A stretch of DNA of 64,000 nt from Paraspadella gotoi. Its lineage: Eukaryota; Animalia; Chaetognatha. The notes under the pieces are model-generated. The model ran no database searches, was not told the DNA's origin, and worked only from the letters and a program-made list of their open reading frames with translations. The stretch is taken from the NCBI GenBank assembly GCA_051294375.1, contig CM119267.1, forward strand, positions 7,544,683 to 7,608,682, in the 5' to 3' direction. Position 1 is the first letter of the stretch. Each line of letters begins with the position of its first letter. The position numbers and the translations under genes were made by a program. Positions 25,727 through 36,217 of the stretch are shown piece after piece.

Positions 25727-28700
25727 CTATAAGACACATTCACCCAAGTCATCTTCGTAAATTTCACGATCTCCGTCTTCCTCTGCCCCTTCTTCCTTTT
25801 CATCAACTTCTTCTTCGTCCTCTTCACCCTCTTCTTCCAAGACGAGGACTTCATCGTTACCGTCATCCTTGGCGCACTTTCCGTCATGGTGGTCGGCACG
25901 ATTGCCATCCCCGTCGTTATCGTCATTCTCATTAAAGATCTTCTCGCTCTTTTTCTCTAATTTATTTTCACCATCCTCTTCTTCCTCCAAGTCGATTTCC
26001 ATGATCCGAGGCGGGACTTCTCGCTCGCGATGTTCCGCGCTCTCGACGTGGGGAGGGATATCGACGGCTGCGCCGATCTCCACTTGACAAAGGAAGCAAT
26101 AGAAGCTGTTCTCGCTAGCGTCTAGACGCCCGATCTGCGCGGAGCCGAGTCCATAGGCCGGGCCGAGGTTCGGATCCACGGGTATTAGTTTGCAGGCGTC
26201 GTCACCGAGCTCTGAGACGCCTCGGCGGTGATCGAAAGACTCCGCGTGATTCGCCAACAGCCCCGCGTCTGTCAATATTTAACAACATAATTCAATTGCA
26301 AGTAAAAATCCCGCTCTTTGCCGTAACCTATTTTACATTATAACGAATTTCACAAAGCGATCTGATGGAGACGGAATCGTGAAGAGGAATTTCCAAAGAC
26401 TCTGAACTTTCCGACATGTGATATTCATATTTAAACAATATTAGGCATAGCGAATTTCTTTCATTTTGTATGTGGTTTGGATTAGTAAGAAATAAGTTTG
26501 AGTTTATTTGCAACAACGATTTTATTAGTACATAAGGACGTACATGTTTCGGCTTTAGTTACAAGGGTTCTTGCTGCTGAAGAGCCTACCGCGCCACCAC
26601 AGCGCAACTGGAAGATAAGCAGAAGCGCCCTAAGAACGTGGGTCACTTGTCCCTCCCCTACACCAGGGATCACTGAGTCATTGGTGCGGGTGCTGGCAAA
26701 GCAGGGGATCTCCACCTCAGTGACGACCGCGGTTCTCTACGAGAGCAATTGGTGAAACCGAAAGATAAAATCCCCAGACCGAAAACATCAGGAGCCGTCT
26801 ATTGGGCGGCCTGTGCAGGGGCGGGCAACCAAGCCTGTGCAGCAGCATACGTGGCGAGACAGGCAAGTCTCTAACAGACCGCTTTCAGCAGCACACAAAA
26901 ACCTTATCGCGATGCGAGAGGACATTACCTATCTGCGGTAGCTGAACATACAGTAAATACTGGCCATCTATTTAGAGAGTCAGACTGTCTCGTGCTGTCC
27001 CATGACCCAAACTGGTTCTCAAGAGGTATTAGAGAGGCGATCTATATCAAAGCCCTCGAGCCCTCTTTGAATCGTGATGGAGGACGATTCGATCTCCCTC
27101 CAAGCTATGATACGCTTATCAAAAGCGTGGTGGAGGCCCCGCCACCACCACGTCCGCACAATGACTCCCCCGTTTCTACTCAACGAAAACAAGGGGAGAC
27201 CTTTGCGCAGGCAATGGGCAAACGATGCCTCTCCTTCAACTGCAGCAACTCACTCCCTCTCTCTGTGGAGTAAGCGCCACCAAAAAGGCGGCTGCTGGAG
27301 GAAGGAGAGGAGTCCACCACTCATGTCGCAAAAGCGGCAAGAACGGACAACCACCCATCTCGCCAGCAGACGAGAAGAGGGCAGTCGACAGGCGTACCAG
27401 GCCAGAGAGACATCAGGGTAGCCTTTGGACTCTTCCCGCAAGGAAGCCTACCCAGTCCATCACATACAGGCTCAATCGATATGACCTCTCAGCCACTGAC
27501 GCGCCAATGACTCGACCACATCGTCACTACCTCTCATTTGCTTCAACCAAAGGGGGCCAGCTCATTTTGAGCTCTTTCTTAATTCTTAAAATTTCACTTT
27601 CCACATTAATAACTTCTAAACTTAATTCTCTCTTTCCTTTCACATTTCAATTTCACTGTTTTATACTCAATTATTTATTAAGTAGTTTAATGTTAAAAAT
27701 ATTTATTTCACTGTTAGTTTAAATCATTTATCTTTGTTGTACATTGCACAATGTATTGTTACTAATGTTCCTTTTCTCTCTCTCTCTTCTCTCTCTCTCT
27801 CTGTCTCTCTCCTCTCTCTCAAAATTTTTCACCAATTTAATTTCTTTTCACAGTAAACTCAATCTGTCTTCACCTTGACCTGTCCTCACATCTGACCACT
27901 ATTCTTTTCTCAACTCTGTGTTGAAAACTTTGCCCTGTCTCTGTCTCTCTCTCTCTCTCTCTCCTCTCTCTCTTACTTTTCCTTTGCACAAATAATTTGT
28001 AAAAGTTCACAAAACAATTTTTTCTATGACGCTGAAGAAGGCTTGTAACTAAAGCCGAAACATGTACGTCCTTATGTACTAATTAAAATCGTTGTTGCAA
28101 ATAAACTCAAACTTATTTCTATTAAACAATATTTAAACAATCCGACTCACCTCGAAAATGTCGGTCGCAACCATTGCACCAATAAGCGGGGCGGATTTCA
28201 TACATTGCAACTTCGTAGTCCAAGTACCTTCGCCTTTTGGTCGAAAACTCTCTCGAAGTCATTTCTTTATTGACAGCCGACTCGGATTTTGTCTCTTTGT
28301 CCGATTTATTATCCTCGGTTTTGTCCTTTGTCCCTTTCCACGCTTTCAATGCTTCCAAATGTTTTGCCCCTACGACAGACAAAAAATACGTTTCTGAAAG
28401 AATCAAAACAGACAGACACAAAAAAACCTACCTTCTCCGTGAGCCACCAGCTGTTTCGCAGTGCAAAAAGAAACCTGACACAGACTGCAATTGAATTCCC
28501 CTTCCGAATTTCGCACCGCCGCTAAATGTTTCTTGCCTATGATAAAAAAAAATTAATAAAAAGTTCATTGTTCAAAGCAAAATGATAGTTAATAAATATT
28601 ACCAGAAAGATGCGCGTCCAGGTGATCTTGGGAAGTCATGGAAACATTACATATGGAACAACAGAACAATGCCCCTTTGGTGCCTGAAAAATAGTGAAAT

Positions 28701-30472
28701 TAAATCGAATAATTTACTGCAGTCGCAATTAATATGAAACACACGTTCGACTCACTGGCATCCTTCTTCGGTTTCTTAAGCTTCTTGATATTTTTTTCTT
28801 GAACCTCTGTCGCAATCGGAGGCGTTGACCCGCTGAATCTCCGATAATGTTGTTGTTCCAAGAAGCTCTCCTCCTCGGAAAGTCGAGTCGAACGCATGGG
28901 CCGCATTTGTGACTCGTACTGCCGGGAACCCACGTACCCGGACATGATGCCTCCGGAAAATTCCTCTCTCATCGGAAAACCCCGCTCATCAATCGAACCA
29001 CGTCCGACGAAGCGACCGTACGCGTAATCATAGTCCGGGGGAAAAGGATCTCGCCCTCGGGAAAAACGAGGAAAAAATTCGCGATTCGGGTGGGAAGGGA
29101 AATAATCGGGTCCGCGATCGTAGCCACTCGGGCCATTTAAGGAAGACTCGGAAAAATTAGCGGGAAGGTGGGGACCGGGTCGTCCGTTGAAGCGGCCGCC
29201 GGTAAATTGAGCGGAATGAAAATCAGCGTCCTCCATATTCGACGGAAAGCCACGTTGATTGCGCTCCCTCAATTCCTCATTAAAACGATTGTAATGATCC
29301 ATCATTTCGTATCCCACTTCGAACGGAGCTTTGTCTGAAGGTGCATGATTGGGCTTGTCGAAACGATCTCTAAAGCCGCGATCCATTTCATGGGGAAAGG
29401 CGTTACCATAGTTTGTCCCCGAGGGATGGCAATTCATCGAGCGATCTCTCATTTCGATATCGAATTCCGACGGATTACCATTCATCTGCCTCCTTCTCAT
29501 TTCAAGCTGATACTCTGACGGACCCATGTCGCCGTAACGTTCTCTCATTTCACGACTATAATCGAAAGAGCCCATATGTCGATAACGTTCCCGCATTTCA
29601 CGCTCGAATTCTGGAGGGAAATTTTCATAACGAAGCATCATTTGACGTTCATATTCGGATTGACGTTCGTTTAAAAACTGATCCCCCATTTCATGGCCCA
29701 ACTTTGATGGACGAGCGTTTTTAAAACCCGCATTCGTGTCATTATAATGTCCGGATTGTTGTCTCGCGTAAACACTCGTATCTGATTCACTCGACCGCTT
29801 CGCACGCTTGATGGAACGCTTTGAGAAAGAATTGCCGCCGCCACGCTTTTGAGCCGGCGGAGGTTTCCGAAAATTTGAAACGATTTTGGTTTCTGCTGCC
29901 GAATCAGAGACCGTTGGTTCGATGAGTTCGGCGCTGCTTAATGCTGACAGGGCCGATAACGTGGAGGAAAACGCCCGACCGCTGGAGACATTTTGAATTT
30001 CTTGGCCATTGGATCCTAAATTCTGCGAATGAGTTTTGGCTTCGGTATTTTTATTGACGTGTATTTGGGAATCGGCCCCCGATCGTTGGCCTTGTGGTTC
30101 CGAGTGGTCATTGTCATTGGAGAAAATCAATCCGGACAAAGTCGATGAGAAAGCTCGGCTACTTTGTTGCGTCGTCGTTTCGGGATCAGTTCCGGCTTTC
30201 GACTGGGTAACGGGCCGAAATGGACGAGGATTAGTTTTCGAAGGGATTTTGCCAACCACCGCTGTCATACGAGACAACGATGTGCCAGAAACGCGGGCAG
30301 CTTTGGAGACTGGTTTCGGAGCACTCGGGCTGACGGCGGCTGCCTTGACTACGCCCTTCGTGTTCTTTATCCCGGTAGTTTTGGGTTTCGCATTCTGTTT
30401 TGAAGTTGGCTGAACCTGGTCGTCCGACGGACCAAAGAGTCCAGCCAACGTTGAACTAAACGCGCGACTCAT
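25727..30472 (-). CDS. low-complexity protein with four matrin/U1-type C2H2 zinc fingers (probable RNA-binding); intron 26269-28150 holds a Penelope element
   Basis: First exon of about 580 codons, then CSICNVSMTSQDHLDAHLS|GKKH, CSLCQVSF..H|GAKH, spliced CNGCDRHFR|DAGLLANHAESFDH and CFLCQV..HVESAEH; acidic tail. The exact 3' end is uncertain. Confidence 0.75.
26488..28124 (+). mobile_element. 5'-truncated Penelope-like retroelement (GIY-YIG endonuclease remnant, pseudo-LTR, inverted partial LTR at the 5' end)
   Basis: Frameshifted LPY..GITESLVRVL; LVKPKD..SGAVY..C..C..YV(G)ETGKSL..RFQQH; SAVAEH..TGH; RGIREAIYIKALEPSLNRDGG. Segment 26488-26565 is an inverted copy of 28042-28120. CT-rich 3' region. 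Confidence 0.92.
28026..28075 (+). ncRNA. minimal type I hammerhead ribozyme in the Penelope pseudo-LTR
   Basis: AUGA(C)G-CUGAAGA-A-GGCUU/AAGCC (stem II)-GAAA-C AUGUAC G-UC^-CUUAU; predicted cut after C28070. Confidence 0.8.
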
Positions 30473-30647
30473 GTTCGCTGTTAAATCGGTGGGGATTCTC
30501 AGTCACAAACCTTATTTGGGAGAAAACTGAAATCAAACTGAAGACCGACACGGAAAAAAAAATTAGGGTGGGGGAAAAATGGGGGGGACATGGAAGATGG
30601 GGAAAGGCAAAGTTTAACATGGAGAATGACACGAAAATGGAAATAAA

Positions 30648-33282
30648 TCAATGTAGCAAATCCTCGTAAAAGACGTCCGTCGGCGGCGTTTGTGTCGCCT
30701 CTTTTTCGTCATTTTTCTTCATTCGTTTCCAGGGTTGTTCAGGTTTTTCCTCCTCGACTTCTTCCATGATCACCTGAGAAAAAAATTATAGAATCTAAAT
30801 CCATAGTTATTTACTATTTATTTATTTATTTATTCCGTTTAAAATGTAACGCAAAAATACAACTTCAATTCAGTTTATCAAGTAAATCAAATATCTACAT
30901 ACCCTTGGGGTAAGCATGGTGACTGGTTGATTCTTCTGATACACTTGTGTGTATCGGGGATTCTTTTCGGCATCCTCGGCGTGTCGGAGCATCGCCTCTC
31001 GAGGATTCTCATCCTTGTTGAACCGATTAGTTCGTTCAGCGTAAAGTTTAGAGACGTAAGATGCCAGAGTGGAACCGGAAACGTTGAGACGTCCGCCCTG
31101 ACCACCCTTTCCTTCCAGAGGCGGTTCTGGTTTCTGTTAGTTGAAAAAAAAAAAATAAAAATAAAAGGGACGAGGCGACTTGGGTAGCGAAAGTTTTCTT
31201 TCGATTCCATAAAAGTTGCCATTTAAATCGCATAAAATCTAGCAAAAGCACAGACAGCTCGAGAACCAAAGTCATCTAACGACGAACAAACCTGCATCTT
31301 ATTAGGATCGTATCGATTTCTCCGCATGACGTGGCTCAGCTTAAACTTGCCGCTCATCCTTCCATCCTCCCGGTACATGGGCAGTGAGTAGGGCGTATAG
31401 ACTGCTTGCTCGGCAAACACTTCCATCTTAAAGGTCTTCTTTTTGACCTTCTCCGCACAAAGGAGGATACCCCGGTGGCTAAGTTCTCGGTCAAAGTAAA
31501 AGCGAACGTCGCCGCTGCTGAGACCCACGGCGATCTGGTTGAGTTTGGGATGCCAAGCGCAACGGATGACGCTCGTCGATGGATAAGAGACTTCGGTGAG
31601 AAGTTCCATCGATCCGCTGTCGAAGAACTTTAGTTTTCCGTCGCCGTCCTTCTTAATGTGGGTGCCCGTTACGACAAGACGGTTGTCGGGGCTGAAGACG
31701 CAGTCGGTCCCGTAGTAGCGGTTGTACAAATCACCGGCCTGGGCTACCGGAGATTTGAAGTTTCTTCGCGAAACCAAAATAGAAAAAAAAAATAAAATAA
31801 ACTATTATACTGTGGCGGTATATTCACACCGCCTCACGTCCACCATCCGTCAGCCAAATCCATTGGCTCAGAGGGGGAACACACCATCCCAGGCGTAGTG
31901 TTCCATCCACAGTCCTAACGACTTCCCTCTGCGTTGGCAAAGCGAGACCGTCCTAGGGTAACCGCGCCAGTGACTGGAGACGTCACTGAGGGTCGGAAGC
32001 CCCCAAAGCCAACAGTGAGATGCCCCATCCCAATGGGCATCACAGGCAACCCGGCTGTTGCCATAATACTACCTCGAGGCATTAATGTCAACTTACCTCA
32101 AATCCCACACTTTCAACGTGTCATCAAAGGCGCGTGAAGCGAGGAGTTTGTAGTCGTAAGAAAAGGCGAGTGAGGTGATCTCGGACCCGCTCTGATGGGC
32201 GGTCCGATTTTGCAGTGCCACGTTGACAAAGATCTTTTTAGTTCCGTCCCAGATTTGGATGGAACCGTCCTCGCACCCAGCGGCAATCCACTGCCCGTCG
32301 CCCGAATAAGTAAGGGCGGTGGGATTCACTTGCTGGGCGCGATGACCCTTTAAAGAGCGAGGCTTGATGATGTGACGGAACTTCTTCCCTTCGTCCTCCA
32401 AATGCCAAATCCTAAGACAACAGAGGAAATAAATAATAAATAAATAAGTGGTGGTAAAACAACAAAAATCGTCTCAGTAGGGCGAATCACAGTTTGTAAC
32501 AAAATTCAAACTCGCCTTATGGAACCGTCAATGGAACTCGTAAGAAACTGGCCCTTGCTCTTAGGGTTCCAGCAGCCGTCGTTCAGCATCCCCACGTGCC
32601 CTTTGGTCCGCGCCATGTCGACGATGTACTGGTCGCCCTTAATACACTCAAGAACGGTGCGTCCGTCGCGGTCGACCACTTTGGCCTGCGCGTTGCCAGC
32701 CACGACGAGAATGTTTTCCCCGGTGGGCGAGTATACGAGCTGTTTGATAGGATGCGCTTCGCAAGGGGTGATATCGCGAAAGGGCTTAAAGTCTGAGTCC
32801 ATGGCGTTAAAGTCGTAAAATTTGACTTGGTAATCATGACTGCCGGTTACGAAACGGGCTCCTGCGGGATCGATTCCCAGCGCGGATAGGGGCTTCGTGC
32901 CGTGAGTGAGCGTGGCCGACTCTTTTGCCGGAATACGTTCGTAACGGTTAAAGGCTTCGTCGCCCTCTTCGTCGTCGTCGTCGTCATCACTGTCTTTCGC
33001 AGGATCCTTGTCATCGTCGTCTTCGGAGTCATCGTCCCATTTACTTCGGGGTTTTATAATTTTTTCTTTCTCCGTTTCTTTCTGTTTAGACCCTGAAGCG
33101 ACCGCGGAATCGGGTCCGGATTTTCGCTTTTCTTTAGCTTCTTCCTCCAATCTCTTTCTTTCCTCCTCGTCGGCCTTTGCCTTGCACTCTTCCGATCGAC
33201 CTTTCGCCGTCAAAATCGTCTGCTTCAAAATTGAGTCCAAATCGAAAGTTCGAGCAGTTTTTCCCTTTTTCTCTTTATCCAT
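30648..33282 (-). CDS. WDR70: WD repeat protein 70
   Basis: ARTFDL, HGTKPLSALGIDPAGARFVTGSHDY, VVDRDG..ECIKGDQYIVDMARTKGHV, RCAWHPKLNQI, DPREAML. Confidence 0.95.
31811..32065 (+). mobile_element. 255-bp solo-LTR-like insertion in a WDR70 intron
   Basis: GC-rich block in an AT-rich intron; termini TGTGGC...GCCATA (TG..CA with one change); perfect 4-bp ATAC direct repeat at 31807-31810 and 32066-32069. Confidence 0.7.
31933..32013 (+). ncRNA. twister ribozyme, circularly permuted type P5
   Basis: GUUGGC(P5)-AAA-GCGA(P2')-GA-CCG(T1)-UCC ua GGG(P1)-U^AA-CCGC(P2)-GC(T2)-CAGUGAC/GUCACUG(P3)-A-GGG-UCGGAAGC-CCC(P4/L4)-CAAA-GCCAAC(P5'). Confidence 0.82.
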
Positions 33283-33536
33283 CCTATCGAAAAAAAAGGT
33301 AACGAAATAAAATATAACAACCAACTGCCTGTATATATTTCTAGAAGTAAAATTGAGAGCCTACTACATCGGATCCTTAGAAGCGCCTTGAGGGGGAAAA
33401 CGGGAGAAAAAGGGACCAGAAGCAGAATAAAAATAATCACATTTTGCGAAAAAGTACAAGGCACGTAAATATTTTTTCATAAATTACTGGGGTGAATCAA
33501 AAGAAACAATAAAAAGAAAAACAAAACTCCACGACT

Positions 33537-36087
33537 TTAAAAGTCCATGTCAAAGTATTCGTTCTTCTCCTGAGGCGCAACAACGCTGTTGACCCTCGCC
33601 GGCTGCGGACGATTCGGCGCGGGACGTGGAGGCGAAGCTACTCTGCGTTGCCTGGCGACAGATTCCGTCGAGTTGCCGAAGTCAAAGTCGAATTCGGCGG
33701 AAGCGTCGGAATTCGTGGAAGCAAATCCGTTGATCGCCCGAGTTGAGTTTACGGTGGAGGAAGCGTTGGACTCGGAGGATTCGGGCGGAGCGGAATTCAT
33801 GCTCACGGCCACCAGATCTACAACCATTCTGGAATAATTAATTAATTTTTAAAATTTTTTTTATTAAATGACATTTTATATTAAAACATTACCTCGATGG
33901 ATCTTGGAATTTGTTACGATTTTTCTTGAACCTTTTAAAATTTTTCTTCAACGGATTATGGTTCGCGGGAGCATCGTTCTCCCTCACGTCAAAGGCGGTT
34001 ACCCTCGGTCGTCGCACAACCAGCACCGTTTCCTCCACCATCATCCTGAGTCTTTCCAATCCCGCCTCGTTTTCACTTTTACCACCGAATTTTTTCGCGG
34101 ATCTCGATATCCAACCATCTTCGGATGGGACCCGCGAGTCTTCGACAAATACCTCACGTTTAACGGGAACCGCATTCTCCGAAGCAGTCGTGGCCCGCGA
34201 CTCGAGCGACGTTGATCGGTGCTCACGCGTCGATTCTGATAATTTAACGGCGACTTGGATTTCGGCCTGCGACGAACCGTAATCCTCTTCGTCGAAAGGG
34301 TCGCCCTCGTCGTCTTCGAAATAAGTGGAGATGTCAGCGTCTTCGTCGAGGGTTTTCGACACGGTGGAGGATTCTCCGGACTCAGCGCTCAAATTGGAAC
34401 CGGAATTCGACGTCGTTGTTATCGTTTTGTTACCGGAAAGAGTCGACGCAACACTCGCGTCAGTTCTTTCTCTCACAGCGAATTCCGAAGATTCCGTTTT
34501 GTTTCTTTTGCTCGTGGGTTCTTCCTCCTCGTCTTCGCTGTCAGAAGCCAACAGCCGTTTTAACTGGAACCGCGAAGGTTTTGGATTCGAAGACGATGGA
34601 ACCTTCGTCGCTGGCGCAGAAACAATAGGTTGTTGGGAGGAAGAGGAAACTCCACCCTTTTGAGAATTTAAAGTCTCGAGTGAATTTTTCGAAGAAGGAT
34701 TCTCTGGCGTCAATGGCTCAAAAAGATCAAAGCCTCGTTTCGAAACCGAAACGGCTTCTGCCGGTTTTGACTTTGATTCAGAGGAAAAAGTTTTCACAGC
34801 ATTTGAGTTCGTAGCCATCGCGACTGGTTCAGACAGAGAAAAAGATGGAGAATCTTCGCGATCGCGTTTCGATGAAGACTTCGTCGCTTCAATCGTAGAG
34901 GTCGTCGTTGTCGTCGAGGTCTTCCCCGGTTGGCTGGTCGTTGCCTCGCAGTTTCTCGAACCCCCTCCGCACTGTCCCGACTCGCTCAAGTTCTCTTTCG
35001 TTTCCTCATTCTCCGCTCTCCCCAACGCCGACGACTTCCCTGCTTTTAAGTCCTTCAACGGATCCCCGACCTTTGGATTCGTGAACTTTTCCGCGGAACA
35101 ATAAATAACAGCAAAGCCTATTTCAGGCGTGTCAATCCAGCGCCTGCTGTGACGCCGCAATGTAGGCAGCACTTCCAACGCATGACTCTGCGATGGGTCG
35201 CCCACAGCGGGTTGCATGACGACGACCTCTTCGCGAACGAGAAATTCGGAATTCGGCGCGCCTGTCTCTTTCTCGACGAGCCTCGTTGTGGCGCCTCCCA
35301 TTTCGGCCACAGCGAAACACTTTTTAAACTGTTTCCGGTCAAAGAAGACGAAGGTTTTGCCGGCAAATATTCGGCGTCGTTTTTCGTTTATATCGAAGGA
35401 AAATCCCGTTTTCCCCGCCAATTGAGAGTCAGTCACGGAAGGGAGAAAAGCGGAAACATCGACCATCCCGTCGCCGCCTGCCTCCGCGTCACGAAGACAT
35501 ACCTCCAGGAAATCCGGCGTGACGATGGGCTTGAGGGCGACCATGGCGGATATTGTCTTGATGGTAACGGAGATCGTCTCCATGCAGAGGTGAGTGGAGA
35601 CGTCGCGCCGCCAGTCGGAGATCACGTGGGCTCCGATTCTCAAAGCCGCGGTTCGGACGCGCGCTTTGGAAGCATCGCTGACGGCGGATAGAGAAACGAT
35701 GGTCGTTCGGCGCCGCAGGTAGAATCGAGCGAGGCGGTTACCGCCGAACTCCAACAGGTCTCCCTCTTTCAACGTTCGCGACGTATCCTTGCATGGCACG
35801 CCGTTGACCCAACAACCAAAACGCGACTGATCTCTTAGAGTGACGGCGGAAAGAGCTGGGGGAGACTCTAATCGAGATTCGTCGTGCGAAAAAGTCAATA
35901 TGGCGTGTGAACCGGAAATAGATTCTTCGAAAATACGAACGGGACGATCGCCACGTGGGCTTCGACCGATGACATTATTGACATTGGCTAAAAGCACTAT
36001 CGATTTAGTCAGAGGAAAGTTGGCGTTCCTGGCTCTCGTGGCGATCAGGGGGGAAGCGTATCCATCGTCAGGACAAAGAATCCACAT
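33537..36087 (-). CDS. NBN: nibrin / NBS1
   Basis: FHA (IGR..SISGSHA..DQSRFGCWVN), tandem BRCT (STHLCM..TIKTISA..KPIVTPDF; RRRIFAGKTFVF), MRE11-binding KNFKRFKK, acidic-aromatic C-terminus EYFDMDF. Confidence 0.9.
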
Positions 36088-36217
36088 TCTAAATCTCTAG
36101 CAATTAACTTTCAAAAGCTGTAAAACAACAATTATGAAAAAAAATAAGTATCAAAATCTATTAAATTTTGGTTTAAAAATATTATTCCTAGAAACATATG
36201 CAACAGTTACAGCAAAA

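Noticed and set aside
27770-27975. (CT)n tracts
   Set aside because: Ordinary low-complexity 3' region of the Penelope element.
31811-32065. Intronic RNase P/MRP RNA, or a second antisense ribozyme in the LTR-like insert
   Set aside because: No RNase P/MRP conserved regions and no CUGANGA..GAAA core on either strand. The TSD and termini favour a mobile element.
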